Shown here piece by piece: positions 23,951 to 32,560 of a DNA stretch of 64,000 nucleotides; position 1 is the first letter of the stretch; every line of letters starts with the position of its first letter. This DNA comes from Candidatus Pacearchaeota archaeon (lineage in GTDB: Archaea; Nanobdellota; Nanobdellia; Pacearchaeales; DTIR01). The stretch lies in contig JAGVXL010000001.1 of the NCBI GenBank assembly GCA_018303805.1, positions 305,528 to 369,527 on the forward strand, read 5' to 3'. The translations under genes were made by a program, and so were the position numbers. Under the pieces are notes generated by a model, which worked only from the letters and a program-made list of their open reading frames with translations, had not been told where the DNA came from and did no database searches.

Positions 23951-24355
23951 TTAAGATCCAATCTTAGATATATGCTCCTTTAAATGTCTTAAGTCTGTAA
24001 AGATTCCTGATTTGGCATAATTTCTTAATTTTTTATATTCCACAGAGCTTAATTTATTTATCTGCCTTAGCATTTTCAGGTATTGCCTCATTTTTCTTAT
24101 TTTCATGACATATTCCATTTTGTCCCTTACAACTTTTTTCTTCTTTCCCCCGCCTCTGCGCCACTTTCTTTTCTTCTTTGCTTTTTTGCCTGTTGTTGGC
24201 TTTATTTTTATCACCTTCTCCTTGATTAAATCCTTAATATCCTGCCTTGTTATAGCTTCTTTCACATCATCAAGTCTTGCAGGGTTGAACCATACCCTTT
24301 CAAGACCTACATTCAAAACCTTCGCAGCAAGTTTTTTCTTTCTATCCAGCTTCAT
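23951..24355 (-). CDS. rpl19e: ribosomal protein eL19
   Basis: KKLAAKVLNVGLERVWFNP motif and a Lys/Arg-rich centre. Confidence 0.9.
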   Translation of the reverse strand: MKLDRKKKLAAKVLNVGLERVWFNPARLDDVKEAITRQDIKDLIKEKVIKIKPTTGKKAKKKRKWRRGGGKKKKVVRDKMEYVMKIRKMRQYLKMLRQINKLSSVEYKKLRNYAKSGIFTDLRHLKEHISKIGS

Positions 24356-24837
24356 TTTTTCTTCTCCAGTTTAGTTTCATTCTTGGGCTCTATTTTTTCT
24401 AGCTTGCCCTTATCTTTGATTTGGAATTCATTCAAAAATTTATCAATATCAAGATTTACAAATTTAACACCCAACTGTTTTGCTTTTGTTGCAATCTGTA
24501 TTCTCTTTTTCAAACCAATACTTGCCATAACCGCTATACCCTCCTGTTTCAGATTATTAAGTTGACTTTCATTTATTATCCAAATCGGTGTTAAGCCTTG
24601 AAATGTCCCCCTAATGCTTTTTGGGCTTCTGTAGCCCACCCCCGGCATTTTTCCTACGCTGCGTTTTTTTGCCCTTAATTTATTATGCCTCCCTTTTGGC
24701 TTTCTCCACCTTTGTTTTTTCTTTCTGCCCCTGCCAAGTTTGGATAATTCCCTCCAGTCCTTTCTTACAAATCTGGGCTTTCTGCTCTTAAGCAAGCTTC
24801 TTTGCTCCAATAACCTTTTAGTATTGTCTTGTGGCAT
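24352..24837 (-). CDS. rpl32e: ribosomal protein eL32 (start moved to the ATG at 24837)
   Basis: RFVRKDW...WRKPKGRHNKLR motif. The track start at 24873 would overlap uL6. Confidence 0.85.
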   Translation of the reverse strand: MPQDNTKRLLEQRSLLKSRKPRFVRKDWRELSKLGRGRKKKQRWRKPKGRHNKLRAKKRSVGKMPGVGYRSPKSIRGTFQGLTPIWIINESQLNNLKQEGIAVMASIGLKKRIQIATKAKQLGVKFVNLDIDKFLNEFQIKDKGKLEKIEPKNETKLEKKK

Positions 24838-24847
24838 TTTTACTTGG

Positions 24848-25396
24848 TTAAATTTTATCTCCTGCTTTCTCAATCATGAAAATTCCGTCTTGGAATACTC
24901 TCCTGTCTCTCGCTCTTACTCTTGTAGCTTTTTCTATATTCAAGGCAGTCTGCCCTGCTTTTTCCTTGTCTATTGAATTGATCGTGATTATGTCCCCATT
25001 GATTTGGACATCTACACCCTCAATTAATTTCGCTTTCCTTTCTTTTACTTCACCTAAAAAATTCTTGATTATTACAACATGATTGGTAGCATCAATATGC
25101 ACAGTTATCGGGAAATGAACCGAGCATACCTGCAATTTATACTCAAAACCATTTTCTACTCCAAAAATCATATTCTTAATATGGGCAATAATTGTGCCGA
25201 GGATTTTTTTCTCGTATCTTGTTGCCTTTTCTGCCCTGAACATTATTTTGCTGTCTTGTTTTTCAATTTTTATGCCCCTAAACTTAAATGTTCTGTTTAT
25301 CCCCCCTTTTTTGCCTTTGACAATTACTGTACTTGCGTCTAACTGAACTGCAATTCCTTGCGGGATTTCCACTTCCTTGGTGATATCCTGTTTCAT
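24848..25396 (-). CDS. rpl6: ribosomal protein uL6
   Basis: Two-domain L6 pattern and operon position. Confidence 0.9.
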   Translation of the reverse strand: MKQDITKEVEIPQGIAVQLDASTVIVKGKKGGINRTFKFRGIKIEKQDSKIMFRAEKATRYEKKILGTIIAHIKNMIFGVENGFEYKLQVCSVHFPITVHIDATNHVVIIKNFLGEVKERKAKLIEGVDVQINGDIITINSIDKEKAGQTALNIEKATRVRARDRRVFQDGIFMIEKAGDKI

Positions 25397-25489
25397 TTTT
25401 TATTTTTAATAGGAGTTCCAAAGAACCTTGGTTCCCAAGAAAATCCTCTGGATTTTCTGGGCCCGAAGATCTTTCAGATTTTCGTGGCT
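25397..25489 (-). promoter_or_regulatory. structured 93-nt spacer between uS8 and uL6 (candidate attenuator, processing site or autoregulatory site)
   Basis: Elsewhere this operon is spaced by only -4 to +10 nt. Hairpins here: CCCAAGAAAATCC-tct-GGATTTTCTGGG (25434-25461, one bulge), CGAAGATCT-ttc-AGATTTTCG (25464-25484, one G-U pair), and the palindrome GAACC-TT-GGTTC. Confidence 0.45.
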
Positions 25490-25858
25490 TTAAAAGCAAT
25501 AAGCAATCAAGCTGCCCCCAATATTTTTTTCCATTGCTTCCTCATGAGCCATCAAGCCTTTTGATGTTGAAACTATCAAAATGCCAAAATCTCTGGCAGG
25601 CAACAATCTCCTTATAAACTTGTCATACTCTGAAACAGTGACGTTAAACCTTGGCTTTATTGCTCTGCACTCTGTTATATTCCCTAGTTCTACTGTTACT
25701 TCATTGCCTTCTTTGCTGTAAGCCACAATATAGCCCCTCTTCTTCATTATTTCAACAATTGCGATTAATAATTTTGAACTTGGGACTGTGCAGTCTGCCT
25801 TTCCCGCCCTTATTGCATTCATCATGCAATTCAAGGCATTCCCAACTATTTCTTTCAT
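25490..25858 (-). CDS. rps8: ribosomal protein uS8
   Basis: NALNCMMNAIRAGK...MKKRGYI motif. Confidence 0.9.
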   Translation of the reverse strand: MKEIVGNALNCMMNAIRAGKADCTVPSSKLLIAIVEIMKKRGYIVAYSKEGNEVTVELGNITECRAIKPRFNVTVSEYDKFIRRLLPARDFGILIVSTSKGLMAHEEAMEKNIGGSLIAYCF

Positions 25859-25872
25859 TTTTGCCTTTCCTC

Positions 25873-26103
25873 CTAGAGATATTTTTTAAATCCTATTTTT
25901 TCGGCTATTTCCCTGAAGCATTGCCTGCACAAATGCAAGCCATATTGGGAGATGTGCGCGCCGAATCTCCCGCATCTATGGCACTTTTTTGAGGCTATGC
26001 CAAACTTTCTTTCCTTCGGCTTGCAGAACCTCAAAAATCTCTGCTTAATTGCAGGTTTTGCGTCAAGCTGTTTCAGTATTTTATTCCAATCACTTGCGCT
26101 CAT
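25873..26103 (-). CDS. rps14: ribosomal protein uS14 (zinc type)
   Basis: [25 protein letters not shown]. The ATG at 26103 is preferred over the TTG at 26115. Confidence 0.85.
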   Translation of the reverse strand: MSASDWNKILKQLDAKPAIKQRFLRFCKPKERKFGIASKKCHRCGRFGAHISQYGLHLCRQCFREIAEKIGFKKYL

Positions 26104-26653
26104 TTTTCCTCTCAAGAATTTTTGTATTAAACATGCTCTGCATAAATCTTTTTGTTTCTTCCTTGCTTATCCTGTGCCTTAATGGAACACGCCCCTTCTT
26201 TGTTTTTCTTTCTGAGATTGTGCTGCCTGCTCTTGTCAAATTCACTGATACATCAAACCCTAGCATGCCTATTTCTCTCGAAAACTGCACGCCGGGGATT
26301 TCTATGTACTCTTGAATCCCAAAGCTTAGCTGGCCATTGCCGATTTGTTTCTCTAAGAACTGGTTGCCTACTGCATCCAGCAGACTTTTAAGCAGGGCTT
26401 CGGCTTCCTTGCCCTTAAGAGTAATTTTGCATCCGGTTGGCAGACCTGGCCTCAGGCTAAAAGCTGGAATTCTCTTCTTGGTTAACGTAATGATTGGCTC
26501 TTTTCCAGTTACCATCTTTAGCAGTTTAATTGAACGTTCAAGTTTTTCTGCAAGAGCCCCACAATTTAACACAATCTCAGATATCTTTAAGGCTCTCATG
26601 GGGTTTTCCTTACTTTCTTCTTTTTCAACTTGTTTTGCTTGTTCTTCTATCAT
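26090..26653 (-). CDS. rpl5: ribosomal protein uL5 (start at the ATG at 26653)
   Basis: The [16 protein letters not shown] core is preceded by a 16-aa [16 protein letters not shown] extension. Confidence 0.9.
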   Translation of the reverse strand: MIEEQAKQVEKEESKENPMRALKISEIVLNCGALAEKLERSIKLLKMVTGKEPIITLTKKRIPAFSLRPGLPTGCKITLKGKEAEALLKSLLDAVGNQFLEKQIGNGQLSFGIQEYIEIPGVQFSREIGMLGFDVSVNLTRAGSTISERKTKKGRVPLRHRISKEETKRFMQSMFNTKILERKNERK

Positions 26654-26659
26654 TTTGCC
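26626..26659 (-). repeat. shared start module, diverged copy on uL5
   Basis: mRNA sense reads GGCAAA-ATGATAGAAGAACAAGCAAAACAAGTTG. Confidence 0.7.
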
Positions 26660-27294
26660 TAGCCAACAACCCAAACCTTCTCCGAAGATATTTTTAATTT
26701 AGTTTTATTAATCTCAACATCAAGCTCCCTTCCTTTTATGGCAGTTACAACCCCCTCGATTCCCGCATTCTTTCCCACAATAATAATAACCCTCGCATTT
26801 TCCTGCAAAGGCAGATGCTTCACAATTTTATTCTGTTTTAAATCCACAAGAACAGAATCCCCCACTTTTGCTTTTATATCCCCGACGGAATTCACACCGC
26901 CGAACAGGTTAAATTGTATCTTCCCGCTGTTTAAGACCTTCTTGCCTATAATCTTGGAAATTTTAACAGAAGCTTCTTTTTCACTAATCTCTTTTAAACT
27001 AAGCCTTTTGCCCTTTACCACCAAAATAAAATGCTTGCCTATTGCGGGGATAAAAAGCACATCGAATATATCCAGGGGAAAGTCGTCTGCATAAATCTTT
27101 TTCCCATTGATGAGCACACACCCCTCTTTCAAAATAAATTTTGCCTCTTTCCTGGTTTTTGCTATTCTTAAGATATCCCTTAATACAACAAGCACTGCAA
27201 GACTGTTCTCTTTAGAACCCCTTGGCTCTAAGATAAATCTTGGTGTTCCCTTCCTTGCTATCGGCCATCTTTTAGGCATTGCTATCCGTTTCAT
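26659..27294 (-). CDS. rps4e: ribosomal protein eS4
   Basis: MPKRWPIARKG...LRDILRIAKTRKEAKFIL motif. Confidence 0.9.
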   Translation of the reverse strand: MKRIAMPKRWPIARKGTPRFILEPRGSKENSLAVLVVLRDILRIAKTRKEAKFILKEGCVLINGKKIYADDFPLDIFDVLFIPAIGKHFILVVKGKRLSLKEISEKEASVKISKIIGKKVLNSGKIQFNLFGGVNSVGDIKAKVGDSVLVDLKQNKIVKHLPLQENARVIIIVGKNAGIEGVVTAIKGRELDVEINKTKLKISSEKVWVVG

Positions 27295-27689
27295 TTGTTT
27301 TCTCCCTTTGTTTTTCTTTCTAAAGACTTAATTCTTTTTTTATCATCCATATTTAATTCAACAATTTGCAGTTTTGTTGGATTAAATGCAATATTGAGTT
27401 TTGTGCCATCCTTCTTTGCTTTCTGCACACCTTCAACATATACCTTTAAATTTACAGTATCTATTCCTGTAATCTTTCCTTTCTTTCCTGCAAACTCCCC
27501 CCTCATAATTTTAACAATATCGCCCTTGTGCAGCCCAAAACTCCTTTTTGAATATTTCCTCCTTAGTTCTTTGGAGAGATTTGCGCTGAAAAATTTTCTT
27601 TTTATATGCAGGGGGGCGTTATGCCTATATTTTATTTGTTTTCTAATCTGCCTGCTTGCCTTCCATTTAAGTGAAAATTTCTTTTTCAT
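27291..27689 (-). CDS. rpl24: ribosomal protein uL24 (start at the ATG at 27689)
   Basis: KOW motif HKGDIVKIMRGEFAGKKGKI. Confidence 0.85.
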   Translation of the reverse strand: MKKKFSLKWKASRQIRKQIKYRHNAPLHIKRKFFSANLSKELRRKYSKRSFGLHKGDIVKIMRGEFAGKKGKITGIDTVNLKVYVEGVQKAKKDGTKLNIAFNPTKLQIVELNMDDKKRIKSLERKTKGENK

Positions 27690-27690
27690 T

Positions 27691-28092
27691 TTACACGACA
27701 ACTCCTGCGATCTTTGCAACATGGGGCCATCTTTCGATAACCTCCCTTGCAGTAGGCCCTTTTATTAATGTGCCCTTGGGATTCCCCTTTTCGTCTTTCA
27801 AAAGCACAACAGCATTATCATAGAACCCTATTCTTTCTCCAGTAAGCCTGCGATACGGCTTTCTCTGCCTTATCACAACTGCATCAAAAACCTGCCCAGT
27901 CATTTCAGGCTGCCCTGCTTTTATGCTGACTTTAACCCAATCTGAAACTGCACATGAAACCTGCCTGCCGCGGACTGTCTTTGCTCTTTTGACTGAAATT
28001 ACTTTTGCGATTCTTCCCCCCGAATTGTCAGCAACATTAACAAATGCGCCTAAATTCATCCCCTTGGCTCGCCTTGCTGAAATTGCTTTCAT
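27691..28092 (-). CDS. rpl14: ribosomal protein uL14
   Basis: NVADNSGGRIAKVISV motif. Confidence 0.9.
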   Translation of the reverse strand: MKAISARRAKGMNLGAFVNVADNSGGRIAKVISVKRAKTVRGRQVSCAVSDWVKVSIKAGQPEMTGQVFDAVVIRQRKPYRRLTGERIGFYDNAVVLLKDEKGNPKGTLIKGPTAREVIERWPHVAKIAGVVV

Positions 28093-28472
28093 TTTTTCTC
28101 TTTGTTTTCTATCTTAGATGTTACAACATGATGTATCATTTTGCTTAATGGCCTGCATTCGGCAATCACAACATAATCCCCTGTCTTTATCTGGGGAATC
28201 AAACAGTCTGGAAGATGGGCATGTATCTTTGTCTTGCGCCTTTCATATCTTTCATACTTATACACATACCTTATCCTGCTGAATTCCACAACTGCTTTTT
28301 TTTCTCCTAACTTGATAACATAGCCGTTAAATGTTCTCCCTCTTGTCTTCACATGGCCGTGAAAAGGGCATTTCTTGTCCTTGCATTCAGCAGCTTCAGG
28401 AATTTTCTCTATTGATATGCCTCTGGCTGATTTTGCTTTTTTTCCAATTTGTTTTGCTTTTTCCTCTGCCAT
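28089..28472 (-). CDS. rps17: ribosomal protein uS17 (start at the ATG at 28472)
   Basis: CKDKKCPFHGHVKTRGRTFNGYV core. The N-terminus is MAEEKAKQIGKKAK. Confidence 0.9.
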   Translation of the reverse strand: MAEEKAKQIGKKAKSARGISIEKIPEAAECKDKKCPFHGHVKTRGRTFNGYVIKLGEKKAVVEFSRIRYVYKYERYERRKTKIHAHLPDCLIPQIKTGDYVVIAECRPLSKMIHHVVTSKIENKEKK

Positions 28473-28478
28473 TTTGCC
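28444..28478 (-). repeat. shared start module, diverged copy on uS17
   Basis: mRNA sense reads GGCAAA-ATGGCAGAGGAAAAAGCAAAACAAATTGG. Confidence 0.7.
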
Positions 28479-28548
28479 TTCTTTTGCTATTCCTATTTTA
28501 TATTTATAATGACTTTTTCCAGGGATTTTTATACGTTCTTCTTGGTTC

Positions 28549-28842
28549 TCAAACAGATTCTGCAGGGAATCCAAGCCCTTGCAACACTTCCTGCGCTTTC
28601 TTCCTGTGTTCTCCCTGCAACTCTATGGCGTTGTTCTTTATTGTCCCGCCGCAGGCAAGTTCGCTTTTCAATGTTTTTGCGATTTGTTTCATGTCAATGC
28701 TTGGGTCAATTCCCGTTATCACTGTTGAAATTTTGCCGTATCTCTTCTTCACTATATCAATCTTTATTTTCTGCTCTGTTTTTACAATGCCTTCACAAAC
28801 GCATGCTTCCTTAGGCAAGCCACACTTCGGACATATGTCCAT
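28549..28842 (-). CDS. sui1: translation initiation factor aSUI1/eIF1
   Basis: N-terminal CPKCGLPKEACVC zinc knuckle and the SUI1 fold segment KRYGKISTVITGI...ACGGTIKNNAIELQGEHR. Confidence 0.8.
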   Translation of the reverse strand: MDICPKCGLPKEACVCEGIVKTEQKIKIDIVKKRYGKISTVITGIDPSIDMKQIAKTLKSELACGGTIKNNAIELQGEHRKKAQEVLQGLGFPAESV

Positions 28843-28847
28843 GTTTT

Positions 28848-29105
28848 TTATATTTTCTCCTTATCTTGTTTTTTATTTTCTTGTTTGCGTGCATTAAGCT
28901 GAACTTTTTCTGCCTTTTTCAATTTTTGGTTGAGGAGTGTTAAGATTCTTGCAATTGTCTTTCTTGTCTCCCGAATCTTGACATTTTTCATCTGCGCGGA
29001 TTTTTGTGCATTCATCCTCAGCAGTTCAAATCTTAAATCTTTTAGCCTTTCATTTAAAGTTTTTTCATTCATATCCCTTAATCCCTTTTTTCTTATTATT
29101 GCCAT
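28848..29105 (-). CDS. rpl29: ribosomal protein uL29
   Basis: LRDMNEKTLNERLKDLRFELLRMNAQ motif. Confidence 0.9.
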   Translation of the reverse strand: MAIIRKKGLRDMNEKTLNERLKDLRFELLRMNAQKSAQMKNVKIRETRKTIARILTLLNQKLKKAEKVQLNARKQENKKQDKEKI

Positions 29106-29107
29106 TT

Positions 29108-29902
29108 TTATTTCTCTTTACTCTCTTCCCCCCTCTTCCTTTTTTCCTCTTCAAGGGTTTTTATTTGATTTTTTTCTTTTGATTTTGTTTTTTTCTTTAT
29201 GCTTTTCTTTCTTTTAGGGGGTTTCTCTCCAGATTCTTTTCCAGTTTCAGTTGTTTGCTGAGCTTGTGCTTGCTGTGCCGCCTGTACTGCCTCACCTGAA
29301 ACAATTTTGAAATCCTTGATTTCTAGTTTGTCTACTATATATGCATTAGGGGGCATTATCTCCACCTTGATTCCTACAGACCCTGGAATTGTTTGTGCCG
29401 CTATTCTTGCCCTATCAACAACTTTTGCTGGGTCGCCTGTTTTTTTGAGCAAACCATATGAAAAACGCCAGGATTTTGCCCTTTCACCGGGCAATTTTCC
29501 ACCCAAACGTATTTCAGCCCCTAATGCTCCGGCTCGTTTTATCCTCTCCAGCATCTTATACGCAGTCATTTTAAACCTTATTGGCCCGAACCTTTCTAAA
29601 GCCAAGGCAATTTCATCTGCAACAGCCCATGCATCCAAATCAGGATTGTCTATTTCCTGGATCTCTATATGGGGGTTATCCATCTTAAACTCCCGTTTCA
29701 GTGTGCTGGTTAGATTAATAATCTTCTCCCCACGCCGGCCTATAATCAAGCCGGGTTTACTTGTTCTTACTAAAATCTTCTCTCCTACAGGAGTTCTTTC
29801 TATTCCAATAGAGCTTATCTTGCCCTTGCCAAGTTCCTTCCTTACAAATTCTTTTAATGTAAACTCGTCCTTATTCATCTGAACAAATTTTCTTTCAATC
29901 AT
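29108..29902 (-). CDS. rps3: ribosomal protein uS3 with a Lys/Glu-rich C-terminal tail
   Basis: KH domain GIERTPVGEKILVRTSKPGLIIGRRGEKI. Confidence 0.9.
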   Translation of the reverse strand: MIERKFVQMNKDEFTLKEFVRKELGKGKISSIGIERTPVGEKILVRTSKPGLIIGRRGEKIINLTSTLKREFKMDNPHIEIQEIDNPDLDAWAVADEIALALERFGPIRFKMTAYKMLERIKRAGALGAEIRLGGKLPGERAKSWRFSYGLLKKTGDPAKVVDRARIAAQTIPGSVGIKVEIMPPNAYIVDKLEIKDFKIVSGEAVQAAQQAQAQQTTETGKESGEKPPKRKKSIKKKTKSKEKNQIKTLEEEKRKRGEESKEK

Positions 29903-30392
29903 TTTTTGCTGTGCCCCCTCTCTCCTTTGCTATCAATGTAACATGTGTGCGTTTGAATTTTCTAAACTTTCGGTGGTATCTCTTTCTTGAAGCAAGGTTT
30001 GCTTTTGCAATTGCAATTCTTACTCTTGAGATTTCCAAGCCATTTACTGAAGCATTGGCAGAGAGGTTTCTAAGCAGTTTGATAAACTGCTTTGCTGCTT
30101 TTATAGGGTATCTCCCTGACATCATACCTCCTCTATGGGGGATTTCATCTCCGTACATGGGCACGGCTTTCTTGCCTGCAACAACTGCCTGTAAATCTGC
30201 AATTGCTCTTTCAATTGAATTCTTTTTTATCATATTGCATATTGCTATTGAGTGTTTTGGGGATATAGACAAATCCCTTGCATTAACAGCTGCCTCCTGC
30301 AATTTCCTTTTTGATTTTACTGCTGCTTTTTTCTCAGGCTTTTTGCTTTCTTCTGTTTCCTTCCCAATTTGTTTTGCTTGTTCTTCTGCCAT
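29895..30392 (-). CDS. rpl22: ribosomal protein uL22 (start at the ATG at 30392)
   Basis: ARDLSISPKHSIAICNMIK core. The N-terminus is MAEEQAKQIGKETEESKK. The track start at 30482 would overlap uS19. Confidence 0.9.
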   Translation of the reverse strand: MAEEQAKQIGKETEESKKPEKKAAVKSKRKLQEAAVNARDLSISPKHSIAICNMIKKNSIERAIADLQAVVAGKKAVPMYGDEIPHRGGMMSGRYPIKAAKQFIKLLRNLSANASVNGLEISRVRIAIAKANLASRKRYHRKFRKFKRTHVTLIAKERGGTAKND

Positions 30393-30398
30393 TTTGCC
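30343..30398 (-). repeat. shared start module, copy on uL22
   Basis: 50 nt identical to 23377-23426, plus GGCAAA immediately upstream of the ATG. Confidence 0.9.
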
Positions 30399-30399
30399 C

Positions 30400-30786
30400 T
30401 CACTTAACAGACAAGGCGGCAGAGCTCTTTGTTGCCCCGATTCCTGGGGCGCTATGCTCCACCTTCTTTCTTGTTGATGCAAACTCTCCTAATTTATGCC
30501 CTAACATCTCTGTCTTTATCTGAACAGGCACGAACTCCTTGCCATTATGGATTGCTATGGTTAATCCAACCATCGCAGGCACAATGATTATGTCCCTATC
30601 ATGAGTCCTGATTAGCTTTCCTGCCTTTCTTTTCTTATCAATTCTCAAAATAAATTTCTCAATACTGCTGAATTGCCTCAGCAGCGCTCTCCTGCCTCTT
30701 GATTTCAGAAATTTTGCGAACTCACGAATACCTAGTTGCTTTAATTCATCTATTTTTTTGCCGCGATACAAAAATTCATGAGCCAT
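30400..30786 (-). CDS. rps19: ribosomal protein uS19
   Basis: [30 protein letters not shown] motif. Confidence 0.9.
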   Translation of the reverse strand: MAHEFLYRGKKIDELKQLGIREFAKFLKSRGRRALLRQFSSIEKFILRIDKKRKAGKLIRTHDRDIIIVPAMVGLTIAIHNGKEFVPVQIKTEMLGHKLGEFASTRKKVEHSAPGIGATKSSAALSVK

Positions 30787-30787
30787 C

Positions 30788-31498
30788 TTATTTCTTTCTC
30801 CTTCCCGTTCTTCTAGGCCTTAATAATCCAACCTTCCTTCCAGGAGGGGCATTGCGTTTTGCAATCTTTGATTTTATTCTTTTTCCTCTTCCTGAACCAA
30901 ATGGATGATCAACAACATTCATCTTGACTGCAGATGTTCTAGGCCATAACTTGTTTCTTGCTTTCATCATGTGCCACATCTTCCCTGCCTTAACAATGGG
31001 CTTATCAAGCCTTCCAGCAGCCGCAACAATTCCAACTGTCGCCCTTGCCTTATCACTAAAGCTCTTTTCCTGCTTTGATGGTAGTAAGACAATCACATTT
31101 CCACTCTCTTTTTTTAAAATTTTTGCACTTGTGCCAGATGTTCTCACAAGCTTGCCCCCGCCAAAAGGCATTGTTTCTATGTTGCATATCTCGGTTCCAG
31201 TAGGGATATCTGCAAGTTGCATTATGTCCCCGGCTTTAACTTCTGAATTTTCCCTTTTATTGCCTATTGCAATATCCTGCCCTTCTACCAACCCATCAAC
31301 TGCGATATCATAAAAGATTTCAGTTCCGACTTTAATTTTCGCAATCGGCGCAGTATGCGCTGGAGAATTAAGCAACTTGGCAACCTTGCCAAATCCTGAA
31401 GTTGGGGGGTATTTTAATCTGAACTTATAGGCTTTTCTTCTGACTCTATAAGTAAAGCTTCCATGCCCTCTTGCCTGCTGTATTATTCTTTTTCCCAT
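30788..31498 (-). CDS. rpl2: ribosomal protein uL2
   Basis: [14 protein letters not shown] motif. Confidence 0.9.
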   Translation of the reverse strand: MGKRIIQQARGHGSFTYRVRRKAYKFRLKYPPTSGFGKVAKLLNSPAHTAPIAKIKVGTEIFYDIAVDGLVEGQDIAIGNKRENSEVKAGDIMQLADIPTGTEICNIETMPFGGGKLVRTSGTSAKILKKESGNVIVLLPSKQEKSFSDKARATVGIVAAAGRLDKPIVKAGKMWHMMKARNKLWPRTSAVKMNVVDHPFGSGRGKRIKSKIAKRNAPPGRKVGLLRPRRTGRRKK

Positions 31499-31499
31499 T

Positions 31500-31745
31500 T
31501 TATATCAGCCCTAATTTAGTTGCAATATCTATTGCCTTGTTTTCCGGATTCAGTTTTATATACGCAATCTTCTGATTTCCCTTGTTTTGTGTGTTGACTG
31601 ACTGGGCTTTAACATTGAATTGCTCCTGAAGTTCCTTTTTAATCACTTGCTTGCTTGCTCTGCTGTCAACGACAAACACGATTGTGTTTTCTGTTTCAAT
31701 TAGCTTTATTGCCTTCTCTGTTCTGAGGGGAAATTTCAGGATCAT
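31500..31745 (-). CDS. rpl23: ribosomal protein uL23
   Basis: PLRTEKAIKLIE...FVVD motif and operon position. Confidence 0.9.
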   Translation of the reverse strand: MILKFPLRTEKAIKLIETENTIVFVVDSRASKQVIKKELQEQFNVKAQSVNTQNKGNQKIAYIKLNPENKAIDIATKLGLI

Positions 31746-32554
31746 TTTTTTCCACCATATTTTGCATTAAGCTCTGCAATTGCTTTTTCAGTATACACGG
31801 CTAGCCTGCCTGGGACTCCTGCGGGAGCCAGCTGCTCCAGGCTTAAATTTTTAACATTAACAGCCTCAAATTTCCTGCATTTAATCCTCTCGTCAGAGGC
31901 AATAACCATCAATAATCCCCTGGATGACTTATATTTCCTGCCCCTTGCTTTCCCCTTGCCTGCCCTAACGCTTTTTTCACGCAGGGCAACAGCAAAATTT
32001 TCTCCCAAAACTTTTTGAAGCAATTTTATTATTTCTTTAACCTTTAATCCAGTAATAGCGGAATCAAAAACAATCGGCAGATTGACATTCAGCTTTTCAA
32101 TTCTCGCATATCTCTTGGAGATTTTTTCAGCAGAAGATGTTGCCGCCAATGCACCCAAAATTGCTTTTATCTTCTCTTTCTTGTTTATCTTTTTGCTGTT
32201 GAGGATTGCTTCTATTTTTGGCGGATGAGCTTGCCTGCCGCCAACTGCTGAAGAGATTGTAGCGCCAACCCACATGAATCTTGAACCCCTCCTTGTGTGT
32301 ATCTTTCTTGGCACTCTTGAAATTCCATATCCATAAAGTGTTTTCCATTTGTGCCTCACGTGCTTTAACTTCCCTGATGCAGAATGCTGCATACCTGCAA
32401 GGATGTATGGGGAGTATGGCTGTTTATGCAAAGATGAGAAATAAACCTTCATGATAATATCGTCTCTGACTGGCCCTGAAAAAAAATCAGGCAGTTCAAT
32501 CTGCTTTACAGCATTGCCCTCCTTGTTTAAAATCTGTATTTTTATATTCTTCAT
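31742..32554 (-). CDS. rpl4: ribosomal protein uL4
   Basis: Archaeal L4/L1e pattern (SRVPRKIHTRRGSRF) and operon position. Confidence 0.9.
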   Translation of the reverse strand: MKNIKIQILNKEGNAVKQIELPDFFSGPVRDDIIMKVYFSSLHKQPYSPYILAGMQHSASGKLKHVRHKWKTLYGYGISRVPRKIHTRRGSRFMWVGATISSAVGGRQAHPPKIEAILNSKKINKKEKIKAILGALAATSSAEKISKRYARIEKLNVNLPIVFDSAITGLKVKEIIKLLQKVLGENFAVALREKSVRAGKGKARGRKYKSSRGLLMVIASDERIKCRKFEAVNVKNLSLEQLAPAGVPGRLAVYTEKAIAELNAKYGGKK

Positions 32555-32560
32555 TTTTTA

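Noticed and set aside
24837-30482. N-terminally extended versions of uL22 (to 30482), uS17 (to 28574), uL24 (to 27722), eL32 (to 24873), uL5 (to 26674) and uS14 (to 26115) in the ORF track
   Set aside because: The extensions overlap the preceding gene by tens of nucleotides, and some begin at a non-ATG codon (TTG at 26115). Internal ATGs give the tight operon spacing seen elsewhere and place the conserved N-termini correctly.
22283-30523. Numerous plus-strand ORFs across the ribosomal operon (for example 23086-23454, 27295-27768, 28331-28897, 29307-29882, 29911-30477)
   Set aside because: They are antisense to highly confident ribosomal protein genes. Their Ser/Phe/Leu-rich translations are typical of the reverse complement of Lys/Glu-rich coding sequence.
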